Source: a virus (Duplodnaviria > Caudoviricetes). Taken from it: a stretch of 42,276 nucleotides of DNA. This document shows positions 33,879 through 42,276 of this stretch, one piece after another. Below the pieces are notes generated by a model. The model was given only the letters and a program-made list of their open reading frames with translations. It made no database searches and was not told the origin of the DNA. Position numbers and translations under genes: made by a program. The stretch is from the IMG/VR virus record IMGVR_UViG_3300023173_000034, positions 1-42,276 of that record; one strand, given 5' to 3'. Every line of letters starts with the position of its first letter. Positions within the stretch are counted from its first letter, which is position 1.

Positions 33879-35591
33879 TTAATCGAGCTCGCCAGTAACC
33901 GTGGTTGTTTGGGTTGTTGTTTGAGTTGATTGTTTTTTCTTAAGCTCATCTTCAATAAACGTCTTAAGCTTAGTCATCTCAGCAATTCGGTCAGCCTCAT
34001 CTGTGTAGTCAAACTCAACAACAAATTCTTTACCTTCTGGAGTTGTGATAGTTATCTCATCACCAGCCAATGTGCCAGTGGTTTTAGCTGAATACCCGGC
34101 TCCAAGAGCCTTAGCGACTCTGTCCATAATTGGTAGTGCCTCTTCTTGAAATAATCCAAACACACTTGGGTCAGCGATATTAGACTCTGTGAGTATCTTG
34201 GTTGATTCAGCCCTTGGGTCAAGCGCTCCAGCCGATGTGAATCCTTGACCCGCATAATCTTCGCTGCGCCCCTTGTATGGACTCTTCTGCCAATCAATGA
34301 AGGTCTGCTCAATAGGCAATCCCGGAATCAAGAAGCCACCGGCTCTAGTTGCAAACTGCTCAAAACCACTTGAGGCACCAGTTGGAGCCTTTGGCATGGC
34401 AAGTCTTTCAATTCTTCCATCCGTAAACGTGATGTTCATATTGCCATCAGCAGTCTTATTAATAGACTTAATGGCTGGGTTCAGTGCGCGTATGGCATCA
34501 GCAGCAACGGCTGCTTCATTAGCGCTTCCTGAGTAGAGCTTACGAACGAGCTCGAGGTGTGCGAGGTTCTGCTTCTTTTGCTCTCCCCTTCCAAGTTCTG
34601 CTTCCGTCGGACGCTGAATAGGCATGGGAGTTTCAGCGCGGTCAAGCTGTACTCTGAGCTGAGCGCGAACCGCCTCTGCGGCTGCCTTGCGCTGCTCTTC
34701 CGTAGGTTTGGGTTGGTATAAACCAGAGCTGTCCTGCTCTACCAATATCTTCTTTGGGTCGGATGCCGCCTCTTTTGGGTCTACGGTAAACGTATAATCT
34801 AAATAGTCTGTAAGAATACCACCGATGTTTCTAGGAGACGTCATCATGGACGCTATGATATCGTTCTCTGCCTGAACATATTCCTTTCGCTGCATGATGT
34901 CCTTCAACGCCATGACGCCTCCCGCTCTGATTGAACGGGTGTAGTCCCCAAGAACCTTCACTCTCTTAGATACTTCTGCCGGAACATCGTACTTATTAAT
35001 CTGGTCTTTTGATTGGGCCGTCATTGCGGCAATACCCATATACTTAGATGGGTCTGCAATCACGTTTCCGTCTTTATCTTTTTCCGCAATAACAACACTA
35101 TAACCTAGTGGGTCAACAAAGATGGCTGTACTAGCTGGGTCTCGATACTTGTCCAGCATTTCGTTTTTAAATTGCTCAAGCGCTCCCGCCTCGCCATTCT
35201 GCAAGCGCTCCATAGCCTTAGCGTAAAGGTCTCTATCCTGCTGAGCCGCATCAGCCAACAGGTTAACGCCATCCATAATGTTCTGACGCTTCTTTAAATA
35301 TTCATTTGGGTCTAGAAGACCGGCCTTCATCTGCTTCTCCGCTAGCAATAATGCTTCGCGGATGTTTGACGCGCCATCCATGAAATAATCACTAGATGTC
35401 GGCGGCAAATTCTGCTGCATTTTTTCAGCAGCAACAAGAGTCTCTCTAGTTTTATCGTCAATAGCCTGACGCTTCTGCTTTCTCTCTTCTGAGATTTGTA
35501 TCAAATCATCAGATAACGTTTTACCTATGGACGCCCAATCAACAAACGCCTCATCGCCCCGCTTAACGTATCCTAAATAACTCTTAGCCAT
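33879..35591 (-). CDS. putative internal virion/ejection protein
   Basis: 570 aa, helical; lies between the pilot-like gene and the giant gene. Confidence 0.7.
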   Translation of the reverse strand: MAKSYLGYVKRGDEAFVDWASIGKTLSDDLIQISEERKQKRQAIDDKTRETLVAAEKMQQNLPPTSSDYFMDGASNIREALLLAEKQMKAGLLDPNEYLKKRQNIMDGVNLLADAAQQDRDLYAKAMERLQNGEAGALEQFKNEMLDKYRDPASTAIFVDPLGYSVVIAEKDKDGNVIADPSKYMGIAAMTAQSKDQINKYDVPAEVSKRVKVLGDYTRSIRAGGVMALKDIMQRKEYVQAENDIIASMMTSPRNIGGILTDYLDYTFTVDPKEAASDPKKILVEQDSSGLYQPKPTEEQRKAAAEAVRAQLRVQLDRAETPMPIQRPTEAELGRGEQKKQNLAHLELVRKLYSGSANEAAVAADAIRALNPAIKSINKTADGNMNITFTDGRIERLAMPKAPTGASSGFEQFATRAGGFLIPGLPIEQTFIDWQKSPYKGRSEDYAGQGFTSAGALDPRAESTKILTESNIADPSVFGLFQEEALPIMDRVAKALGAGYSAKTTGTLAGDEITITTPEGKEFVVEFDYTDEADRIAEMTKLKTFIEDELKKKQSTQTTTQTTTVTGELD

Positions 35592-35596
35592 TGGTC

Positions 35597-36457
35597 TTAC
35601 TTATTGTATTGGCCCATTAGGAACATCATATATGGGTCTACGGATTGAGAAACTTGATTCAAAAACACATTTGGATAACCCGATTGTCCTCTTTGGGTAT
35701 CCATTACATATCCTTCATATCCAGTAGGATAGTTCTTATCCATGTACTCCTTCAGCTTTTGCTGTTGAGACTGGAATTGATTGAACATATCAGACTCTCC
35801 GGGCATTAATCCCTGACCAATCTGACTTCCTGCCTGACCGCCTATCTCACCAAGCGATTGACCAATTCCCTCTGCCGCCTCCATTCCAGCTGCGGCCTCT
35901 CTGGCCTTTTTATATAAGGGCATCCCAGTGGCTAGTGTGCCAGCGGCATTAACCAATCCCATTGTTCCGCTCGTCATTGCTTTGCCAGCGGCTTCCTCAG
36001 CCTGCGCTGCTGCCACCTGAGCGCCGAAGGCTTCCCTTACGTCAAGATTTGATAGCAAGCCAAGTCTTCTGGCTTCATCCTCAGCGACAGCTAAATCTCT
36101 TTTATAAATATCTTGAGCCATTGCTTCGCGCTGCTTTTCAGCGGCAGTGAGGCCAAGGGCGCCAACTCTTCCAACACTGGCAGCGAGTTCCCTAGCTCCC
36201 GCTTCTCTTGCAGCCTCTATGGCCTGCATAGACTGTGCCGTTATCTCGCGCTGAGCCGTCTCATATGCTTCAGTGGGAACCTGAAGTCTTTCAAGCGGAG
36301 CCTGCGTAAGCTTAGCCCTAGCATCTGCAACCGCCTTAGCGGCAGCAGCTTCAGCCTCTTTCATGTATTTTTTTTGCTGGGCCGCTTGGGTATAGCTCAT
36401 CAAAGAACCTCCAACCTGAGCTCCAACTGATATTAATACGGGTAATGGTATTGGCAT
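35597..36457 (-). CDS. putative pilot/ejection protein
   Basis: 286 aa; hydrophobic N-terminus, Ala/Gln-rich coiled coil, Gly-rich segment. Confidence 0.7.
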   Translation of the reverse strand: MPIPLPVLISVGAQVGGSLMSYTQAAQQKKYMKEAEAAAAKAVADARAKLTQAPLERLQVPTEAYETAQREITAQSMQAIEAAREAGARELAASVGRVGALGLTAAEKQREAMAQDIYKRDLAVAEDEARRLGLLSNLDVREAFGAQVAAAQAEEAAGKAMTSGTMGLVNAAGTLATGMPLYKKAREAAAGMEAAEGIGQSLGEIGGQAGSQIGQGLMPGESDMFNQFQSQQQKLKEYMDKNYPTGYEGYVMDTQRGQSGYPNVFLNQVSQSVDPYMMFLMGQYNK

Positions 36458-36464
36458 AACTTTA

Positions 36465-36472
36465 CAAAGATA
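36465..36472 (-). promoter_or_regulatory. -7 box TATCTTTG
   Basis: Matches TAnnTTTG, 7 nt before ATG 36457. Confidence 0.55.
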
Positions 36473-36474
36473 GT

Positions 36475-37230
36475 TTAAGGATATGACTTAAATATGCCAG
36501 CCTCAGCGCTAAAGAGCTCCACAGGCTGTGTGTTTTCATTCGTTAATGTAACCTCGCAGAAATAACCCAGTGTTCCATGTGATTCTGCTTGAGGATTTTT
36601 AACATAAAATATATAGTTTCCCGGAGATGGAACGGGCCCGGCTGTGGCATCCACTGTTACGGTTGTATAATCTGACGATACACTAACAACATCGCCGACC
36701 AACAACTCTTGGGGCGTTGAATAAAAGTAGATAGCATCTCCATTGCTAATCATCGTTCCGACATTGAATCCGAAATCAATTTCATACAGGCTTCCGCCAA
36801 CATTGGTAACGCTAACCGCAGTTCCAATGCCATTGACGGAACGCTGCTTTAGATTAACTACATTCTCATGCGCCCTAATAAAAGCAAAGTATGAGCCTTC
36901 TTTAAGTTCAAACCATCCGCTCTCAATAACACCAGTCTGCAAATCGGTAACCGCCTCGGCTTTCCATGAGTCGTCAGACTCAAGGGATATAGTCTTGAAT
37001 ACTTTATTCTCTGTTGGCGATTGATTGAACACCGTAGTTATTGAGCAGTTTGGAGAATTGTGAACGCCATAAAACTCACCGCGACTTTCATTGGTGTGGT
37101 GTTTAAATATATTACCGCCATTGAACGTATACAGATTATCACTCATTCCAATAATATATTCTGGAATGTAGGAATAAAATGTGGGAAATCCCTTTACGGA
37201 TGGGCTATAAGATAGTGTTTTATCGCTCAT
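36475..37230 (-). CDS. C-terminal-like part of the tail stabilisation/muzzle protein
   Basis: TLSYS...GFPTFYSYIPE, LYTFNGG, NKVFKTISLES, FELKEGSYFAFI. Confidence 0.7.
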   Translation of the reverse strand: MSDKTLSYSPSVKGFPTFYSYIPEYIIGMSDNLYTFNGGNIFKHHTNESRGEFYGVHNSPNCSITTVFNQSPTENKVFKTISLESDDSWKAEAVTDLQTGVIESGWFELKEGSYFAFIRAHENVVNLKQRSVNGIGTAVSVTNVGGSLYEIDFGFNVGTMISNGDAIYFYSTPQELLVGDVVSVSSDYTTVTVDATAGPVPSPGNYIFYVKNPQAESHGTLGYFCEVTLTNENTQPVELFSAEAGIFKSYP

Positions 37231-40200
37231 TATAGACAGGTTATTTCTAGTTGATACTGAGCACCAGCTCCCACTGATATAATTCTAACGGTTGCATTTT
37301 CTGGGAAGGCTGTAGATTTACTTACGGCCATACTTCCAGATGTAGTGACAGCACCGCTAGATGTTGTGGTTCCATTGTATATAACTTGGAACTCAATGGT
37401 TCCAGCAATAGGACCAATCGTCCACACAAGATTAAATGAGCCTGTGGCATCACCAAGGGCAAGCGTGAACTCAGTCACCTCGTCAGCTCCGATGTTTGTA
37501 TTAATAAGAGTGCCACATGGGACTACCGTTGGAGTCCACTCAACAGCGTCATCCGCTTTAATTGAAAGGACATATTCATCTAGGTATGGGTCATATCCAC
37601 CGAGCTTCTGTGAGCGCGGAGAGTTGTTAAACTCATCTCTAAACCAAGAGCCCATTCCGTATTCGGATACAACCTCAAGTGTTTCATTATTATAGCTAGA
37701 GCCACTGAGCTTAAGGACTGCCCCTCTGGTCACGTCGGTGAAGAACTTATCCTTACCAAATGAGGCAAAGCTTTCGGGGTTCTGACTGATGCCATACTCC
37801 TCGAGTCTAGCAATCTGAGTACCAAGAACTTCCGGAACAGAAGTGATGGCTCCGCCCGCAGCGGCATCAGACAATAAGTTCTTGCCCGCAAGTACATAAG
37901 ATATCTTATCCTCCTGAAGAACAAGGATGTCTGTCTGTCTTCCGTGAAGCTTTTGAATAGAGGCGAATGAGCGCTCCAAATCCTTATAGTTGACAAGGGC
38001 TGTGTTGAACTCGTTAAGCTTATTGACGTTGGTGTCAGCGTTATAGATGCCACTGTATATGACGGACGCAAAACGATGCGCCTCTATGTAGTCCTCTTCT
38101 GCAACAGCGCTGAATCTGTTTCCTATAACAACAGCGCTAGATGTTATTCCATCTGAATACCTATACCCTTCTACGCCATTTCCAAAAGTATAGCAATTGA
38201 AGAAGTCCAAATTAGATATTGCTGGCTGCGATGGTCCTTGGTTCAAGACATTACCCCTATGATATCCTCCAACAATTTGAAATGATTGAGAGCTCTCATA
38301 GTACAGTTCATCATTCACTGCCTCCGCTTCCGTTTCAAAAGCTATGAACGTATTAACGGAGCCTCCGAGTGAAAACTTGCCAGCGTTTATCTTCATATAT
38401 AAACCATCGGGAGCTCCAGAAATAAAGCCATCTGGTTGATACTGAACATCAAGAACGTCAACAGTTACCAATGACGAAACTGGTCCGTTGGTGTCAGTCT
38501 TTACTGTCAAACTATCCCCGGGCTTTGGAAGCAACTGGTTCTGGCCCTCAAGAAGAAACCAGTACTCATTGCCCATCGCTACCGTATTATAAAACTCACG
38601 GCTATATACAATGTTGTAATTGCCTTTGGATGGCTTTATAGTGTACTTATATGTCGTTGCCCACTTGGGGGGGAGGTGGTTTATTCTAGTCCTAATAAAG
38701 TTTTTGCTTGATGATGTATTAGGTCCGAAGAATGTGCTGTTGGTTTCACAAATAACAGACGTTGAGTTTCGTCCAAACTCATCCATGTATATGATTCCAA
38801 TATCGTATCCCGTATTGCTGTGCAAACTGTTAGCTTGGTCTTTCTTGTAAAAAACAGAAGAGACGGATGTGGCTGAAAAATACTGAGCGATATATCTAGT
38901 GTATGGCGCCGTATCGTTCGCCCGAACAAACTTAGTTACAGGAAACTGGAATGATATAACATCACTAGCGGCAACTGAAGCTGTAATTATCGGAGTCGAT
39001 GCTGCCGTAGTGCCATACTCTTCTTTTACCCATGGTCCACCGGGAGGGGTTGCGGTATCCACTGGGTTTGGTACAGCACACTCAAATATGTCCGTCCAAG
39101 TCAAGCCCGTGCATATAGTATCTACTGGCTGTATGTTTACAGCTGTCCCTATGGTATCCTGAAAATGCGTTGAATTCCAGAAGTCATACGCTGTAGCATA
39201 ATTTGCGTCAGCCGTTATAACAAACCTTATACTAAATGGAGTCATGGGGTTCAACGTTACCGATGTTCCCACGGCCGTTGTTGCCCCTAAGTCAAAATTT
39301 ATATCCATGTAGAAAACGTCTCCCTCTTCTATGGATACATTACTAAAGTCTACCTCAATGATTGAGTCTGGAACGGGTACTGGAGGTGCAATATAATATG
39401 CGCCTCCATTATTCGTTGAATCAGTAAGGCCATCGGCAAGGATGGATTCACTAATTGGCTCTACGGTATAGTCAATGGTTATTGGCTGATTATCAGAATC
39501 AACAATATCGTATCCATCTACATAGTTTCCAAATGTGACGCGATTCCCCATAATGGTTTGCGCCTTTGCTAAACGCGGCACATTGTCATACACCCTTAGC
39601 AACTCACTTTCTGGAAGCGTAGTGTATATTTTGTTTGCCGAAAACTTGACAGACACACTGGCGTTATCTGCCCATCCCTGCTCATCCTTATCAAACTTCT
39701 CAATTACATTAACAATGTTTGAGTCATTAAGCTTAAAGCAAACATCTATGCCAACTACTAGGTCGGAGCCAGTATTTATTGTAATCTCAGCAGCGTTAAA
39801 TAAGCTAGACATTCCCGTATTGGTTACGGTGTCGTCATCAAGCTCAAAAACACCGGGCACAAATGCAGCATTAGAAAATTGAGACAATGCGCTATACTCC
39901 CCATCTTTATACTTATATCTGTACGCAAAACATACAAATCTGGTATCTATAAAATTCTCAAATCCCCCTGCGGTAAGTGTTGTTACTACAGGAGAGGCCG
40001 ACGGAGGTGCGGTTATCAATGCAATATCTGCCTCAGATATTTGGTCAACGCCAGCCACGGGAAAGGGGTAGTGTCTATTGACGTTAATCTTTCTTGGCTG
40101 ATTGTAGTTGTCGGTCCACAAAAGCAGGTCATCTACAATATTGACCCCCGTGATTAAGTATTGTGGGTTGAAGTTTAAAACAGACGTAGATATAACGTGG

Positions 40201-40523
40201 TATGTCAGTGCATCAATAACCTCATTATAGGATACAATCATATCAACGCCATCTACCGGAGAGTGAACAAACCAGTAAATAGTCTCAGTTGAATCGTTTT
40301 GAATAGCGCCAATACACACAGCGCTGCTGCTTAGTGCCGAGCCGTTATACTCGAGGGTAGTTAGTTGGGTGTTACCCCTTACGTTTTTTACAGAACCAAC
40401 ATTGGTGCCCTCAACAGAAGATACCTCCACGTTGAGTGCATCAACGTACTCTCCGTTGGGTATGAGCCTCTCATCAAGGCTCTTGTTCATGCGACCCTTT
40501 ATAAAGTTGTTCTGTACGTTCAT
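37230..40523 (-). CDS. tail stabilisation/muzzle protein (crAss-like, P22 gp10 analogue)
   Basis: FIKGRMNKSLDERLIPNGEYVDALN, LLWTDNYNQPRKIN, FAYRYKY.DGEYSALS, EYGISQNPESFA. Confidence 0.85.
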   Translation of the reverse strand: MNVQNNFIKGRMNKSLDERLIPNGEYVDALNVEVSSVEGTNVGSVKNVRGNTQLTTLEYNGSALSSSAVCIGAIQNDSTETIYWFVHSPVDGVDMIVSYNEVIDALTYHVISTSVLNFNPQYLITGVNIVDDLLLWTDNYNQPRKINVNRHYPFPVAGVDQISEADIALITAPPSASPVVTTLTAGGFENFIDTRFVCFAYRYKYKDGEYSALSQFSNAAFVPGVFELDDDTVTNTGMSSLFNAAEITINTGSDLVVGIDVCFKLNDSNIVNVIEKFDKDEQGWADNASVSVKFSANKIYTTLPESELLRVYDNVPRLAKAQTIMGNRVTFGNYVDGYDIVDSDNQPITIDYTVEPISESILADGLTDSTNNGGAYYIAPPVPVPDSIIEVDFSNVSIEEGDVFYMDINFDLGATTAVGTSVTLNPMTPFSIRFVITADANYATAYDFWNSTHFQDTIGTAVNIQPVDTICTGLTWTDIFECAVPNPVDTATPPGGPWVKEEYGTTAASTPIITASVAASDVISFQFPVTKFVRANDTAPYTRYIAQYFSATSVSSVFYKKDQANSLHSNTGYDIGIIYMDEFGRNSTSVICETNSTFFGPNTSSSKNFIRTRINHLPPKWATTYKYTIKPSKGNYNIVYSREFYNTVAMGNEYWFLLEGQNQLLPKPGDSLTVKTDTNGPVSSLVTVDVLDVQYQPDGFISGAPDGLYMKINAGKFSLGGSVNTFIAFETEAEAVNDELYYESSQSFQIVGGYHRGNVLNQGPSQPAISNLDFFNCYTFGNGVEGYRYSDGITSSAVVIGNRFSAVAEEDYIEAHRFASVIYSGIYNADTNVNKLNEFNTALVNYKDLERSFASIQKLHGRQTDILVLQEDKISYVLAGKNLLSDAAAGGAITSVPEVLGTQIARLEEYGISQNPESFASFGKDKFFTDVTRGAVLKLSGSSYNNETLEVVSEYGMGSWFRDEFNNSPRSQKLGGYDPYLDEYVLSIKADDAVEWTPTVVPCGTLINTNIGADEVTEFTLALGDATGSFNLVWTIGPIAGTIEFQVIYNGTTTSSGAVTTSGSMAVSKSTAFPENATVRIISVGAGAQYQLEITCL

Positions 40524-40524
40524 G

Positions 40525-41448
40525 TTACTTTATCCACTTATCTTGACCACGCAAATTCATAAGCAATCTTCCGGGGTGGATGTTGCTAATTCTAATCTTG
40601 GCATTGCGCAACAACGCCGTCTTTTCCTTGCGAGCTCTATTGACAATGTATTCTTGCACTCCAAGCTTGGAGGACAGGATGGCATATCTAATGTATGCGT
40701 AGATGTAATCTTCGAATAGCTTGTTGACCGTAATCAAAGAGGCGTCACCGCCCTCCATGCCATCAGAAACATACTCAAGGATACAAACCTTGTTGTCCAT
40801 TCCTGAGCTGAAGTTTATAACGCCAGCCTTCTTGTCTATTCTAAATGTGGGATTAGCGTTTGCCGTCTCCGTGTTAAGACCATACCACCCTCCAATGCCG
40901 TATTCAAAATACCAAGAGCCATTATAGAACCAACCTTCCTGCCCATCAAAAGGACTTCCCTCATTGAGGTATATGCTCTTCTGCTGTCCCGTAATTCTAT
41001 CGTAGTCGATGTTTGAAAAAGTGGGCTCAATAATGTTGCCGCTTTGGTCAAACAATATCTTGCCGCTTCCGTCCTGAAGGTATGCCTTTGCGCTATTGAG
41101 CTGGATATTTTCTGTTAGCGGGAATATGACGCCATCTTTGTACATAGAGATGCGCACCCAGTTTACGTAATCGGAAGGCAGAACAAACCTAAGTTGACTA
41201 TCTACGCTCAGTTCAAGAACCTTAATTTCTTTAAATGCGTCATAGTTGAGTTCCTGAATGCCGCGCTTGGCGTGAAACAAAACCTGATATCTATTTGTAT
41301 TATTCACGAGCTCGTGATTACCCGCATAGATAAGCATGAAGTTGTTTACAATATCCTCAAGGCTAACATACTGATAGGTGCCCCAGTTGGCATCATCAGG
41401 AGAAGAGCCACTGTTCGCATAATATTGATACTCGGTTAGGTATGCCAT
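40525..41448 (-). CDS. tail ring protein
   Basis: YVSLEDIVNNF, FHAKRGIQELNYD, LPSDYVNWVRIS, ILEYVSDG. Confidence 0.75.
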   Translation of the reverse strand: MAYLTEYQYYANSGSSPDDANWGTYQYVSLEDIVNNFMLIYAGNHELVNNTNRYQVLFHAKRGIQELNYDAFKEIKVLELSVDSQLRFVLPSDYVNWVRISMYKDGVIFPLTENIQLNSAKAYLQDGSGKILFDQSGNIIEPTFSNIDYDRITGQQKSIYLNEGSPFDGQEGWFYNGSWYFEYGIGGWYGLNTETANANPTFRIDKKAGVINFSSGMDNKVCILEYVSDGMEGGDASLITVNKLFEDYIYAYIRYAILSSKLGVQEYIVNRARKEKTALLRNAKIRISNIHPGRLLMNLRGQDKWIK

Positions 41449-41451
41449 GGT

Positions 41452-42153
41452 TTATTGTTCGCTAGCGTTTTCTTTTTGTTCCTCTGCGTTTCCAAATGTA
41501 TAGATATCGCCCTCTCTTACTGAGATGCCAGCGTATTGCAAAATCAAATTGACCAACTCAGGTTCATCCGTGGCTGGCAACTCAAAGTCTTGATAATCAA
41601 GGGCTGACTGGTTGAATACAGGCTCGCCATTTACGAGTGTGAAATAAGTCCACTTGGGGTCCTGAGGATATCTTATGTAAAACGCAGTGATGTCCGTTGC
41701 TCCATTGATTGTAGATGGCTGAATTTCAATATTGTTGCCACGCTGCACATACAATGGGAATGTTTGCGTAGGCGCCATAAGCGTAGAGGACATATATCGC
41801 AACTTGCTCTCAGCGATAGGCTCAACAATCTTTGTTGTTGGATTGTATTGTACTACATCTAAAAGGTAATAATCAGCTGGAAGCGCGTAAGAGTTTCCAG
41901 ATACCTGAGTAAGTTGGGCTGATTCAGAAAAGGTAGATATGACCTCCTCATACTGTTTGGTTATATCGGCCAATCCAGTACCAGACATACGGGCGTTCTC
42001 CTTGTTAATCTGATTGTTATACTTTTGAAAGTACTGCTCAAAAATATCTAACTGAGCCTGCTTTGCAAACTGGTTAAAATCAGCCGGAGAGATGTATCCG
42101 TAGTTATTTTTATTTATTACCGACAGCACGGTATTGCGCACTGAATCTATCAT
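41452..42153 (-). CDS. tail tubular/ring (gatekeeper-like) protein
   Basis: INKNNYGYISPADFNQFAKQAQLDIF, YIRYPQDPKW, DFELP..DEPELVNLILQYAGI. Confidence 0.75.
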   Translation of the reverse strand: MIDSVRNTVLSVINKNNYGYISPADFNQFAKQAQLDIFEQYFQKYNNQINKENARMSGTGLADITKQYEEVISTFSESAQLTQVSGNSYALPADYYLLDVVQYNPTTKIVEPIAESKLRYMSSTLMAPTQTFPLYVQRGNNIEIQPSTINGATDITAFYIRYPQDPKWTYFTLVNGEPVFNQSALDYQDFELPATDEPELVNLILQYAGISVREGDIYTFGNAEEQKENASEQ

Positions 42154-42168
42154 ATGCCAACTTTTTCA

Positions 42169-42176
42169 CAAAGATA
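42169..42176 (-). promoter_or_regulatory. -7 box TATCTTTG
   Basis: Matches TAnnTTTG, between the terminator and ATG 42153. Confidence 0.6.
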
Positions 42177-42179
42177 GAT

Positions 42180-42208
42180 AAAAAAAAGGGGCCGCTATTC
42201 GCAGCCCC
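42180..42208 (-). terminator. intrinsic terminator
   Basis: Minus strand GGGGCTGC-gaata-GCGGCCCC-TTTTTTTT. Confidence 0.85.
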
Positions 42209-42234
42209 TCTCCAACACTAAAACACAAAACAAC

Positions 42235-42276
42235 TTACTCTAGGTTTCTATCCAATAGCTTGATAGTCTCAATACC
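42235..42276 (-). CDS. C-terminal end of an upstream gene (partial)
   Basis: ...GIETIKLLDRNLE-TAA, followed by the terminator. Confidence 0.5.
   Translation of the reverse strand, partial: GIETIKLLDRNLE

Noticed and set aside
1-42276. Stop-codon reassignment as in some crAss-like phages
   Set aside because: Long ORFs are intact in the standard code; TAA, TAG and TGA all end genes; no suppressor tRNA

Overview
This window is part of a lytic podovirus-like phage genome, most likely infecting Bacteroidota: TAnnTTTG promoters, A-rich translation starts without Shine-Dalgarno motifs, and crAss/phi14:2-type ring and muzzle tail proteins. 1-4.9 kb (minus strand) holds late small structural and basic proteins, groEL/groES and one opposing wHTH gene. 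4.2-5.4 kb is a mostly non-coding switch region with repeats (candidate origin and genome end). 5.4-22.4 kb (plus strand) is the early/middle arm: ArdC, a DUF1281-like protein, Sak, a RecE-like nuclease, SSB, primase-helicase, SF2 helicase, VRR-NUC, a DnaA-C-like HTH, a phosphoesterase, MazG and two tRNAs. 22.5-42.3 kb (minus strand) encodes virion proteins, including a 3796-aa polyvalent ejection protein. Main observations: (1) the start of the early transcript is punctuated by two complete hammerhead ribozymes, each cutting exactly 21 nt before an ATG, and two anticodon-less tRNA-like elements, and a downstream 3' UTR is complementary to the ribozyme-generated leaders; (2) a roughly 13 kb early zone appears by eye to lack CCAG/CTGG, AGCT and ACGT; (3) the giant virion gene hides a nested +1-frame basic protein (MPFKSKQQ...), a likely A10 slippage product and RQK[KR]-delimited cassettes. 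All family names come from motif recognition by eye; no searches were run.
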